A DNA stretch of 64,000 nucleotides, from positions 17,135 through 81,134 of the forward strand of contig CANJVR010000008.1 in assembly GCA_947478395.1 (NCBI GenBank), read 5' to 3'. Below the pieces are notes generated by a model. The model was not told the DNA's origin and did not search any database. It was given only the letters and a program-made list of their open reading frames with translations. This document shows positions 38,007 to 47,512 of this stretch, piece by piece. Each line of letters starts with the position of its first letter. Position 1 is the stretch's first letter. This stretch comes from Opitutia bacterium. GTDB lineage: Bacteria; Verrucomicrobiota; Verrucomicrobiia; Opitutales; Opitutaceae. A program made the translations under genes and the position numbers.

Positions 38007-41000
38007 AGTGGGTAACGGTGGCGAAGATTTCGGGGGTGCGTTTGGTTAAAAATTGCGGGCTCGTTACGATGCTTTCCACGAGCGTGCTGAAACGATGGCC
38101 GTTGGCGGCGAGCTTGGAACGCATCTCGGCAATGAGCAGATCGTCGGATGGAAGCAACGTCCGCCCCAACGCGTAGGAGGTAAGTTTGCGGCTCAGGTTG
38201 TCGACGAAGTCGGCCTCCCGGGAGTCGTGCAGAAATGCCCGCAGGCCCGCGACGCCGCTGCGCTCGCTCCCGCCGGGAAACTGGGCCCGGGTGTCGACCG
38301 CACGGTCACCCAGATCCTTTTCCCTTCGCTCGCCGATGGGGCCGAACCCCTCGAAGACCAGGCCGAAGGAATCGAAGCGGGCGTGGCAGCTCGCGCAGGA
38401 TTTATCCTCGCGGTGCCTGGCCAGCGCATCGCGCAAACTGAGGCCAACCATCTTGGATTCATCGGGGGGCAGCGCAGGGACATTGGGGGGCGGAGCCGGA
38501 ATGCGTTCACCGAGGATGCGGCGCACGACCCAGTTGCCGCGCTTCACGGGACTCGTGCGCAATCCGGGTGAGTTGGCCGTGAGGAAAACCGCCATCGGCA
38601 GGAGACCGCCGCGATCGAATTTATCCGCATGATCCACGCGCACCCAATGATCGGGGGCGCCGGCGACGGCGGGCATGCCGTAGTGTTGGGCGAGCCCGGG
38701 GTTCACGAAGGTATAATCGCCATAGATAAAATTCAGCACTGACTTGTCGCTTTGAACGAGATCGAGGGTGAAGCGCACGGGCTCCTCGAACATCGCTTCG
38801 CGCAGCTCATTCGTGAATGCCGGGAAACGCTCGCGATCGACCGTGTTGCTTTCCTCGAAGCGGCGGAAGTCGAGCCAGTTGCCGCCGAACTCAACGCTCA
38901 GGTGGCGAATGCGGTCGTCCTTGAGCATCCGGCGGGCTTGGGCGGCGAGAACCTTGGGTTGGTGCAGATCGCCCGCGGCCGCATGGGTCAGCAATTCGGC
39001 ATCGGGCATCGTGGACCACAGAAAATAACTCAACCGGCTTGCGAGCGCATAATCCGATAGCGGCTCGGTTTCAGCCAACTGCGGCCGCGCCGGCGCCAAA
39101 GGTCCGAAGCTCCTAAAGAGAGATGCAAACCAGCCCTTTTTCGCCGGCGTGGCGGCGACCTGAGGCGGATTCGCCGATACGCCGAGATCGATGCGATAAA
39201 GAAAATTCGGCGACATCAAAACGCGGGCGATGCAGTCGCGCATCGCCTCTTCGTGATCGAGGCCGCCCTGTGCGCGCGCCTCATGATAGAAGGCCAGAAT
39301 GCGCTCGCCTTCCGTGGGCGCGAGCGGCCGCCGATAGGCGCGAGCCGCAAAATTCTGCACCGCTGTGAGGTGGCTGACCTCGGCGGCGGTGTGGGCTGCG
39401 TCGAAATGCTGGATTTCAGCCGCGGTGCGTTGAAAGTGATCCTTGATCGCCGCCTGGACGGCCTCGTTCGCCTTCATTCGGATGGCCTTCGCGAGATAGA
39501 GCTCGCCGAGTTGTTTAACTTTAGCCGGCTCCGTCACGGATTTATCCTCGGAGCGGAAGGCAAAAAATTCTTCTGAATTCAAAAAAGCCGAATCCGTGTG
39601 CTCATACCAAAGCTGGCCGGTGTAGGTCCGCTGCGGGATCGCCGCCACATAGAAGAAATCCTGCCACATCGCATCGAGCTCGCGGCGCCCGGCATCACTG
39701 AGAATCAAATCGTACAACGGACCGTCGTCGCGGAAGTAGCCCGTCATACTGTGGTAGCCCGCGCTCAACAGGCGGCCCGAGAGAATTTTCTCGGCCTCCG
39801 GATTGGCGTAAACGCGCGCGCGCTCGCTAATGTAGAACGTGTCGGGAAACACGGAGGCAAAACGCGCGAAAGACGCCTCGTAGGCCGGGCGCTGCGCCGG
39901 ATCGGCCGGAATGACGAGCTCGGGCTCCGGCACCCGCGTGCGGGACGCCGCCATTTTGTAGGTCGCGGACGTGGCCGCGTTCGGGTTGACGGGGACCGGG
40001 CGACGCGGACCGCTTCCACCCGCGGTCGGGGCGCTGCCCGCCGTTGCAGTTGGTTGCACCACGGGTTCACCTGCGACCTGTAAGGCCGTCGGATCGTAGC
40101 GCCGGCGGTTCGCTGCCATCTCGCGGTTTTTCCAGAGAACGAACACGGGCGAGCCATCGATGATGCCAGGTGAACGCATGTTCGCGATGTCGGGAATGAT
40201 CTGGTCGCGCAGCTTCATCACATAATTGCGCATCATCTCGCAGCCGGCGCGCAAAGCGGGATCGGACGGTGACGTCGCAGCCGGTAGCGCGCGCCACATC
40301 GCTTGGAGCTTGGCGACGGGCCCGACCTTTTCCGGCGCCTCCGCGAGGAACGACCACACCATCGCGAGATATTGCGGTGCGAGTTTCGATTCAGCGGCGA
40401 TGGTGGTGAGCGTGGCCTTTGGCTGGTTCAGCGCGGTGCGATTTTGGAAACGCCAGGCCGCTTGAAAGTAGTCGGCGAAATCGGTCGGCTGCCGTTGATA
40501 GAAATCGATAATTTTCTGGGTGAAATACAGGTCGCGGTCTGTGTCGGCGAGGACGGGGTTGGGCGCGAAGTCGATGCCGTCGAGTTTCAGGACCAAGTGC
40601 TCCGCGACTTTCTGCGCGGCACCGAGGTATTTTTTCAACAGGGCAGGTGACATCGCCAGGGATTCTCCCGTGTTGTCGAAGCCGGCCTGATTAGCGGGAT
40701 CGACCGGAAATTCCTTGGTGGGCCGGAGGTCGGCGCCGGTCAGATCGCGAATCGTGTAATCATACTCGGCGTTGCTGAGCCGCCGGGCGAGAACGGGACC
40801 GGGGTCGCCGGCGTGCTTGGACGCTTCATTTTTTCGCAGCTCGCGGATCCACGTCACGACTTCCTGGCGCTGTTTGTCCGACGGAAATTTCTTCGCCTTC
40901 TCCGCCGGCATCTCGCCGGCTTCGACCCGTTCGAGAATGAGATTCCAGTGATCGAAATCGCGGAGCACCGCACGGAGGCTCGTGAACTGGGTTAGATCGA

Positions 41001-41178
41001 GCTCGGCCTCGGGCTTGTCCTGACCGTGACATGAAAGGCAGTAGGTTTCCACGAACGGGTGCACCGTGGTTTTGAACGTGCGCTCAAGCGTGGCCTCGGC
41101 GGTCTCCGCAGAAATGGCCGGACGTACCAGCAGAGCAGAGGTCGGGAGAAGAATCGCGAAAAGGGCGCGGGATATCAT
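37993..41178 (-). CDS. DUF1587/DUF1592/DUF1595/DUF1588/DUF1585-type protein with N-terminal cytochrome-c (CxxCH) module
   Basis: 1061 aa. Signal peptide, heme motif YCLSCHG, then the long PSD-type domain series. Its 3' end overlaps the DUF1552 start by 14 nt. Confidence 0.85.
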   Translation of the reverse strand: MISRALFAILLPTSALLVRPAISAETAEATLERTFKTTVHPFVETYCLSCHGQDKPEAELDLTQFTSLRAVLRDFDHWNLILERVEAGEMPAEKAKKFPSDKQRQEVVTWIRELRKNEASKHAGDPGPVLARRLSNAEYDYTIRDLTGADLRPTKEFPVDPANQAGFDNTGESLAMSPALLKKYLGAAQKVAEHLVLKLDGIDFAPNPVLADTDRDLYFTQKIIDFYQRQPTDFADYFQAAWRFQNRTALNQPKATLTTIAAESKLAPQYLAMVWSFLAEAPEKVGPVAKLQAMWRALPAATSPSDPALRAGCEMMRNYVMKLRDQIIPDIANMRSPGIIDGSPVFVLWKNREMAANRRRYDPTALQVAGEPVVQPTATAGSAPTAGGSGPRRPVPVNPNAATSATYKMAASRTRVPEPELVIPADPAQRPAYEASFARFASVFPDTFYISERARVYANPEAEKILSGRLLSAGYHSMTGYFRDDGPLYDLILSDAGRRELDAMWQDFFYVAAIPQRTYTGQLWYEHTDSAFLNSEEFFAFRSEDKSVTEPAKVKQLGELYLAKAIRMKANEAVQAAIKDHFQRTAAEIQHFDAAHTAAEVSHLTAVQNFAARAYRRPLAPTEGERILAFYHEARAQGGLDHEEAMRDCIARVLMSPNFLYRIDLGVSANPPQVAATPAKKGWFASLFRSFGPLAPARPQLAETEPLSDYALASRLSYFLWSTMPDAELLTHAAAGDLHQPKVLAAQARRMLKDDRIRHLSVEFGGNWLDFRRFEESNTVDRERFPAFTNELREAMFEEPVRFTLDLVQSDKSVLNFIYGDYTFVNPGLAQHYGMPAVAGAPDHWVRVDHADKFDRGGLLPMAVFLTANSPGLRTSPVKRGNWVVRRILGERIPAPPPNVPALPPDESKMVGLSLRDALARHREDKSCASCHARFDSFGLVFEGFGPIGERREKDLGDRAVDTRAQFPGGSERSGVAGLRAFLHDSREADFVDNLSRKLTSYALGRTLLPSDDLLIAEMRSKLAANGHRFSTLVESIVTSPQFLTKRTPEIFATVTHYVRE

Positions 41179-41540
41179 CGGTGGGGCGGACGGGGTAGGA
41201 TCGAGCGAGCCAGGAAAACGAAGGGGAGAGTCTGTGGCGAAAAGACGGCTGAAGTCCCGAAAAGAATTGAGTCGCGCGGGTGAATTCTGGCGCCCGTCTC
41301 CGTTTTGGGAAATGCGGTCAGGCGCCGATCCAAATTACCGGGCAGCTCCAATTGGGAATGTCTTGGCGAGATGGACTAAGCGCGCTGGGCCGAACCAGCG
41401 GGATCCCTTTGTCGCGGGGCGGCGCGCCGTGACCATGACTCGAACATCCCCGTAAATGCGGCATCGCCGGGGACGGAAGGACGGTAAATGCTCGCCAGAC
41501 CTTCACCGCCTCTCTCCCGATTCCTGCACCACCGCCGCCC

Positions 41541-42152
41541 ATGAAAATAAAATCCGCCGAATTCAAGATTAGCGCGCCCGAATTGCGCGACTGCCCCGAT
41601 TGGCCCTTGCCGGAATTCGCGTTCATCGGTCGGTCCAACGTCGGCAAGTCATCGCTGATCAACCTGCTGACTGAGCGGCGCGATCTCGCCAAGGTCTCCG
41701 ACGCGCCGGGCAAAACGAAGCTCATTAACTTTTTTATCGTGAATGGGGCGTGGGCACTCGTCGATCTGCCGGGCTACGGTTACGCGGAGGTGGGCAAGCA
41801 GCGGGGCCTTGAGTTCAATGAGGCCGTGGCGGGTTTCCTCGCGGGCCGGAGGAATCTGCGCTGCGTTTTCGTGCTGATCGATTCCCGACTTCCTCCTCAA
41901 CCCATCGATCTCGAATTCCTGCGCTGGCTCGAGGGCTGCACGGTGCCGTATGCCCTCATTTTCACGAAGACCGACAAACAATCGGCGGGGAAAGGTCAGG
42001 CCAACATCGACGTTTTCATGAATGCCGTGGCCACGTGGCGGGCCGAGTTGCCGCCCGTGCTGGCGAGTTCGTCGAAAACCCGCATCGGGCGCTCCGACAT
42101 TCTCGGTTATATCGCGAAGGTTCTGGCGGAGGCCAACCGGTCGAGTGGTTGA
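41541..42152 (+). CDS. engB: Ribosome-biogenesis GTPase YihA/YsxC
   Basis: 203 aa. G1 motif GRSNVGKSSLIN, plus DLPGYGYA and TKTDK. Confidence 0.9.
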   Translation: MKIKSAEFKISAPELRDCPDWPLPEFAFIGRSNVGKSSLINLLTERRDLAKVSDAPGKTKLINFFIVNGAWALVDLPGYGYAEVGKQRGLEFNEAVAGFLAGRRNLRCVFVLIDSRLPPQPIDLEFLRWLEGCTVPYALIFTKTDKQSAGKGQANIDVFMNAVATWRAELPPVLASSSKTRIGRSDILGYIAKVLAEANRSSG

Positions 42153-42263
42153 TGGGACGGAACGATCGCGCCAAATTCCGCGGGTGAGATGCGATTCCGC
42201 GACCGGCAGGCCGCGGCGCGCAAAATCTCGACAGGACTCGGACGATACGCGGAGATCGCGGAC

Positions 42264-42590
42264 ATGGCCCTGCCCAACACACCAGTCGACCGCCTGCGAT
42301 TCATCGCATTTTGGGAGGGAATTTCATTTTTACTCCTGCTCGTCGTCGCGATGCCGTTGAAATATTTTGCCGGCTGGCCCCTCGGCGTCCGCGTCGTGGG
42401 CATGGCGCATGGGATCTTGTTCGTTCTTTACGTCGGTGCGACGGTCATGGCGGCTCGCAGTGGCCGTTGGTCGTTGGGCCGCACGGCGCTGGTGCTCGTA
42501 GCGAGCGTACTGCCGGCCGGGCCCTTTATTGTAGACGCAAAAATTCTGAGTTCCGCCGGTAAAAGTCAGACGGGCTCAGAGCGCGGCTAA
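42264..42590 (+). CDS. DUF3817-family integral membrane protein
   Basis: The ATG at 42264 gives MALPNTPVDRLRFIAFWEGISFLLLLVVAMPLKYFAGWPLGVRVVGMAHGILFVLY, typical of DUF3817. Confidence 0.7.
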   Translation: MALPNTPVDRLRFIAFWEGISFLLLLVVAMPLKYFAGWPLGVRVVGMAHGILFVLYVGATVMAARSGRWSLGRTALVLVASVLPAGPFIVDAKILSSAGKSQTGSERG

Positions 42591-42765
42591 GAATCACGGC
42601 GCGCACGGGGCTCGTTTGCGATCGCGCTGAGCGGCGACGCCGGCGGCTTGCCCCACGTCGCGGGCTCGGGTCCATCCGACGTTGAACCGCTCGCTTGAAG
42701 CGCGAAATCGCGGACGGTGAAATTGTCGAGGGATGTGTCCCCGGCGACGTCACTAGGCCGTCGGC

Positions 42766-43449
42766 TCACCAGGAAAATTCGCTGGTTTCGTGCCGGTCTT
42801 TTTTCCGGATGGGTTTTTCCGGCGGTGGTTGATCGACGCGGACCATTTCGCCCGGATAGGGAACGCAGTGAGCTAGGACGCGATCGGCCACCATCGGCTC
42901 GGCGCCGATCCAAGTGTGCGGGCCTTCGGCGGAAAGGATCACTGGCATTCGGTCGTGCGGCAGGGCGGCGATCAGCGCGTTGGGCTTCGTGGTGACGATG
43001 GCAAAGCCCCGTCCTTTTTTGTCGGGGTCATCGGCCCACACGCCGGCAAAGTAGAAATTTTTCTCCCCGGGCAGGTGAAAGAGCACCTGCCATTTATGGC
43101 CCTTCGGTCCCGCCCACTCGAAGAAACCGTCGGCGGGGATGAGGCATCGGCCGTGATTCACGGACCACCGCCAAATGTTTTTTGAGAAAAGGGCGTCGTC
43201 GCGGGCGTTGACGACTGGCCGGCTCGGTAGAGTTTTCTCGTGGTGCGGCCAGACGCCCCAGCGCATGGAGGTTAACCGCCGCGCGCCGGCGTCCGCGTAG
43301 ATCACGGGCATCCGGTGCTTGGAATAACCATACGTGTCGCCGGGAAAATCCGCGTCGAAATCACGGCGGTCCGATACCATCGAGCCCCACTCTTGGAGTA
43401 GGAGTTCGCGCCGCTCAGCGCTCTTGCTCGCTTGGTATCGATTACACAT
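42766..43449 (-). CDS. SOS-response-associated peptidase (SRAP/YedK family)
   Basis: 227 aa. Starts MCNRY (catalytic Cys2). FFEW and PMPVIL-type motifs are present. Confidence 0.85.
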   Translation of the reverse strand: MCNRYQASKSAERRELLLQEWGSMVSDRRDFDADFPGDTYGYSKHRMPVIYADAGARRLTSMRWGVWPHHEKTLPSRPVVNARDDALFSKNIWRWSVNHGRCLIPADGFFEWAGPKGHKWQVLFHLPGEKNFYFAGVWADDPDKKGRGFAIVTTKPNALIAALPHDRMPVILSAEGPHTWIGAEPMVADRVLAHCVPYPGEMVRVDQPPPEKPIRKKDRHETSEFSW

Positions 43450-43524
43450 GGCGCAAGCAGGGCGGCCGGACGCGGTGGGGGAAAATGTCGGCGCGGCTCG
43501 ACCGCGTGCGATGCTGGCTTCGGC

Positions 43525-44049
43525 TTAGCTGGCCGGGACGAGCTTCACGCTTTCGAGGGCGACGCGCTCGATCGGGGTGCTCTTTTCGCCGCCGCCGCCG
43601 GACTTGGTAGGGACGTTGGCCAATTTTTCCAGCACGTCATCGCCCGCGACGATTTCACCGAAGGCGGTGTACTGGCGGTCGAGAAATTTCGCGTCGCCAT
43701 GGACGAGGAAAAACTGGGAACCAGCCGAATCGGGATCTGAGGAGCGCGCCATCGAGATGACGCCGCGCACGTGCGACTTGGCATTGAACTCCGCCTTCAC
43801 CTGCCAGCCGGGACCGCCCGTGCCGGGCATGCCTTTTTCGCCGGCCTTGGTGTTGGGGCAGCCGCCTTGGATCATGAATCCCTTGATGATGCGGTGAAAC
43901 GCGGTGCCGTCATAAAAGCCCGAACGCGCGAGCTTCTTGAAATTCTCCACGGTCTTCGGCGCGACATCGGACCAGAAGGCGATCGTGATGTCGCCGTACG
44001 ACGTTTTGAGGACAGCATTTTCTTTAACCGAGGGCTTGGGAGTGCTCAT
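43525..44049 (-). CDS. ppiB: Cyclophilin-type peptidyl-prolyl cis-trans isomerase
   Basis: LKTSYGDITIAFWSDVAPKTVENF...FHRIIKGFMIQGGCP. The ATG at 44049 gives a standard-size protein. Upstream in-frame starts at 44208 (ATG) and 44217 (GTG) would add an unstructured-looking 53-56 aa. Confidence 0.85.
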   Translation of the reverse strand: MSTPKPSVKENAVLKTSYGDITIAFWSDVAPKTVENFKKLARSGFYDGTAFHRIIKGFMIQGGCPNTKAGEKGMPGTGGPGWQVKAEFNAKSHVRGVISMARSSDPDSAGSQFFLVHGDAKFLDRQYTAFGEIVAGDDVLEKLANVPTKSGGGGEKSTPIERVALESVKLVPAS

Positions 44050-44303
44050 TAGAAGGGCCAGCGAACCGGTCGCTTTTCCGCGCGGCAAGACCAATTTCGC
44101 TGACGGGATTTTGACCTCTGCTTCCCACCGAGAGCAGGCTGGCGCGGATGCGGCCTCGGGCTCGATCGCCAGGGCTGCCACCGATTGCCGCCGCGGCGGT
44201 TTAACCATCGTGGTCACAGCCCTGGCGTCGCCGAGATGGGGGAGCCGCGCGTTGTCCGGCGAACTTACTAGAGGGGTTTAGAAAAAGCCTCGCTGCGAGC
44301 GAC

Positions 44304-44400
44304 GTAGCAGCAGGCGTCCCTGCCTGCCGAAACGAGGACGCCGAACCCGGCAGGCAGGGACGCCTGCCGCTACAAAAATCGGTCACGGAAAAGCTAAAGC
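44304..44400. repeat. REP-like palindromic element, copy D (best-preserved) with flank CACGGAAAAGCTAAAGC
   Basis: GTAGCAGCAGGCGTCCCTGCCTGCCGAAACGAGGACGCCGAACCCGGCAGGCAGGGACGCCTGCCGCTAC. The flank contains the TAG stop (44394-44396) of the phosphoesterase gene. Confidence 0.85.
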
Positions 44401-45209
44401 GGAAATTCCGCGACGATGCGCCCCGGGTGAAACTCTCCACGGCGCGGAACGACGCGGCGGACAACGAGCCGGTCATCGCCGATGTCGACCGCCCAGGCGC
44501 CGAACGGGCGGCTGAAGGATCCGGTGTTGATCACCGTGACGCCGGACCGCGTGGTCCAGCAGCCGGGTTGGTGGAGATGACCGATCAGCGCGAATTTTGC
44601 GGCGGGACGGTGCACAGCGGTGATCGCGGCCGCGCGTTCCGGGGTCTCGCGCCACGCCTGCAGAATGCTCAAGGCCCGCGAGGGCGGCCACATCGTATCG
44701 GCCGCCAGACGCAGCGCGTGTTTGAAGGGGTTGGGTTCCGCTTGATGGCGTTGCGGAATCGACGCGCACACGCGGCGAAAAAGTTGGAGACGCGGCTCGA
44801 GCTGCTGGCGTTCGGACTCTGGCATTTGGGCCAGCCCGGCCTGGATGCGGTCCGAGATCGTCGCGGCGTCCCGGCTCCACGGGACGATGTTTTCGAAAAT
44901 GATATCGCCGTGCGTCACGAAGACCCGACCGGCCGCCAGATCGATTGCGTGATACGGGGAAATATCCGGATCATGATTGCCGGTGACAAACGTGACCGGG
45001 CCCGAGCTGCGGTTGAAAAACTCGGTGACGGCTGCCAGGTCGCGCGCGGTCGCCGCCGCGTGCGGGCCAATGCGGGTGTCGATCGTGTCGCCGTTGAGAA
45101 TCACGCGGTCGACGTCAGCCAGCAAAGGCCGCAATTGCCCCAGCGAACGCACGGTGCTCATCCGGTCGCCGTAGTGAATGTCGGAGAAAATGCGGATGAG
45201 TGCGGCCAC
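44394..45209 (-). CDS. Metallophosphoesterase
   Basis: The GTG at 45209 gives (M)AALIRIFSDIHYGD. GDTID, GNHD and GHLH motifs follow. The ORF-track start at 45239 is a TTG. Confidence 0.75.
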   Translation of the reverse strand: MAALIRIFSDIHYGDRMSTVRSLGQLRPLLADVDRVILNGDTIDTRIGPHAAATARDLAAVTEFFNRSSGPVTFVTGNHDPDISPYHAIDLAAGRVFVTHGDIIFENIVPWSRDAATISDRIQAGLAQMPESERQQLEPRLQLFRRVCASIPQRHQAEPNPFKHALRLAADTMWPPSRALSILQAWRETPERAAAITAVHRPAAKFALIGHLHQPGCWTTRSGVTVINTGSFSRPFGAWAVDIGDDRLVVRRVVPRRGEFHPGRIVAEFPL

Positions 45210-45431
45210 GGTAAAAGGGCAATAAAAACGCCGGGCCAAAGAGCGGCAACGCTTTTGGCGGACAACAAAAAGGTCGCGGCGAAAACTGCGGCCGGAACGA
45301 CCGACGCGTGCGCGGAAGAAGGCGGGGATAAATTTTCACGTGGGCCCAGAATTAAAAAATGGGACGGCGCAGACCATAATCCTTGGTTTCGGGTCTTGCC
45401 TGCGTGACGACGGCGGCGTGAATTTCGGCGC

Positions 45432-45932
45432 ATGGCTCTCTACGGTTCGCTTTCCACCCTGCGCGCTCAATTGACCCGGCCGGAACATTTCGCGGCGGCG
45501 TTTGCCTTCGTCGAGGAAGCCGGTCGTGCGGGCAGTGCGGCGCATCGGCAACTCTTTGGGCTCGCCGCGGGCCAGACCGAGCGCACCGAGCTGGCGGGCG
45601 GCGCGTTTGCCCTCTCGCAGGTTTATCTGACCAAGCCGCGCGCGGAGGGAAAGTGGGAGACGCACCGCGCCTACATCGATGTCCAGGCGGTATACGCTGG
45701 TGACGAGACCATGGAGATCGCCGATCGCGACCGGCTCGTGCTGGCCGAGGATCTCACGCCGGCGCGGGACGTGATTTTTTATCAGCCGTTTGAGCGGGGC
45801 AGCGTCCTGCGTTTTGGGCCGGGTTCGGTAGGCGTTTATTTTCCGCCGGACGCCCACATGGGCGGCCTCGCGATTGCCGCGCCGGTGCTGGTGCGCAAGG
45901 TGGTCGTCAAGGTGCCGGTACTTTCGGCGTGA
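45432..45932 (+). CDS. YhcH/YjgK/YiaL (DUF386) family protein
   Basis: 166 aa. WETHRAYIDVQAVYAGDETMEI and the C-terminal FPPDAHMG are typical of this beta-sandwich family. GTGA overlap with rlmJ. Confidence 0.75.
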   Translation: MALYGSLSTLRAQLTRPEHFAAAFAFVEEAGRAGSAAHRQLFGLAAGQTERTELAGGAFALSQVYLTKPRAEGKWETHRAYIDVQAVYAGDETMEIADRDRLVLAEDLTPARDVIFYQPFERGSVLRFGPGSVGVYFPPDAHMGGLAIAAPVLVRKVVVKVPVLSA

Positions 45933-46825
45933 ATTACCGCCACCATTTTCACGCCGGCAACTTCGCCGATGTGATGAAGCACGCGCTTCTCGTGCAGCTC
46001 GCGCGTGCTCTGCAGAAAAAGGAAAAAGGTTTTCTTTACCTCGACACGCACGCCGGCCGCGGGGCCTACGATTTGGAGGCGGCCGCTACGGGCGATTCGC
46101 TGGCGCGAACGCCCGAATGGCCGGAGGGCATCGGCCGCTTGTGGTCGGCGGCGCGCGACGTGGAGAACGCGGAAGCGACGGGAGAAAAATTTCCGGCGTC
46201 GCTGGCGGACTATGTGGCGCTCGTCCGGGAGTTTGACCGCCGGGAGGGCAACCGTGCGCTTTTACCCCGTTACTATCCCGGTTCGCCGAGTCTGATCGAT
46301 TTGATCGCGCGGCCACAGGAGAGGTTGATGTTGTGCGAGCGCCAGCCGGCGGAGGCGGCGGCGCTGCAGGAAAATTTTCAGTTCAAGCTCGGCGTGCGCG
46401 TGCGGGCGGGCGATGGCTACGCCTCGTTGCGGGCCATGCTCCCGCCGCCGGAGAAACGGGCGCTGGTGCTGATTGATCCTCCGTTCGAGGCGCAAGACGA
46501 GTGGGCGCAGATCGTGGCGGCGTTGAAGGAAGGGCTCCGCCGTTTTCCGAGTGGGGTGTACGCGATCTGGTACCCGCTGACCGAGCGGGCGAAGGTGGAT
46601 TTTTTCTTCGCGGAACTGCAGGCGCTCGATTTGCCGCCCACGCTCGCGGTGGAATTGGTGGTGAATCCCGCGGCGTTAAAGATGAAAGGCTGTGGCTTGG
46701 TGATCGTGAATCCGCCGTGGCAGTTTGCCGGTGAGGCGGAGACGACAGTGAAATTTCTGGCCCGTGTGCTCGCGCAGGGCGCCGGTGCGCGGGGCGATGC
46801 GATCTGGCTCGTGTCCGAGAAGTGA
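45929..46825 (+). CDS. rlmJ: 23S rRNA (adenine2030-N6)-methyltransferase
   Basis: GTG start. (M)NYRHHFHAGNFADVMKHALLVQL...YLDTHAGRG and LIDPPFE are RlmJ signatures. Confidence 0.88.
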   Translation: MNYRHHFHAGNFADVMKHALLVQLARALQKKEKGFLYLDTHAGRGAYDLEAAATGDSLARTPEWPEGIGRLWSAARDVENAEATGEKFPASLADYVALVREFDRREGNRALLPRYYPGSPSLIDLIARPQERLMLCERQPAEAAALQENFQFKLGVRVRAGDGYASLRAMLPPPEKRALVLIDPPFEAQDEWAQIVAALKEGLRRFPSGVYAIWYPLTERAKVDFFFAELQALDLPPTLAVELVVNPAALKMKGCGLVIVNPPWQFAGEAETTVKFLARVLAQGAGARGDAIWLVSEK

Positions 46826-47102
46826 GGCGGAGCGGGACGGAGTTGAGCGGAATCAGGGTTTTGGCCACGAAGAGGCCCGAAAATTTCCAGGGTGCTGCAA
46901 CGCGTCGATGCACCTACAGGCGCGCACGGGAAATGGTCAGAGGAGGTAAATAATTTTTGTGCCTCTTCATGGCCAAAAATTCCGGATGGATTGCAGGTTT
47001 AAAGTGCAGCGATGGGCATCGCGGTGCGGAAGGCCAAGGCCATGCGAGACAGGCCGGCCTCGTGCTGCCCGGCGCTGAGGTTGCGCTGGGCGGGCTCCGT
47101 TC

Positions 47103-47300
47103 TTAGCGCGACGCGGTGAAGTTCGTGACGGGCGCGACCAACGGAAATTCCGCTGCATCGACCGCCGGCGCGTTGATCCTCAAGGGCGGCGCGCGAAAGA
47201 TGGGCCGGTTCCAAATCATATCTTCCCGCGTGACCATCTGAACGATGGCCGGCTTTTCAGCCGGCAGCTGAAGGCGAAAATTTGGAAGTGGAATAGGCAT
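47103..47300 (-). CDS. Hypothetical small protein (65 aa)
   Basis: The ATG at 47300 gives MPIPLPNFRLQLPAEKPAIVQMVTREDMIWNRPIFRAPPLRINAPAVDAAEFPLVAPVTNFTASR. Third-position GC is high in the 3' two-thirds. No recognisable domain. Confidence 0.3.
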   Translation of the reverse strand: MPIPLPNFRLQLPAEKPAIVQMVTREDMIWNRPIFRAPPLRINAPAVDAAEFPLVAPVTNFTASR

Positions 47301-47512
47301 GGCGGGGTACGAGACAGAGATCAGCTGAAAAAGTGCCCGCTGAATAAATTTTGAGATGAAAAAAATCAACAGGGCTCGGTGCGCGTTGCGCAAAAAAGCG
47401 GCCTTGCGCCCTGCTTGGGCACCTCCATTAACGTTCAGTTTCCTCGTTTGCCCCACGAAAACCCCAGCGTCCATTCACGACGCATTCGGTCCTGCTTCAA
47501 TCCTCCCTAAAT

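Noticed and set aside
47010-47070. SRP-RNA-like string CGGAAGGCCAAGGCCA
   Set aside because: It only superficially resembles the 4.5S domain IV motif (GGAAGGAAGCAGCCAAGGCAG). The closing base pairs and the symmetric loop are absent on either strand.
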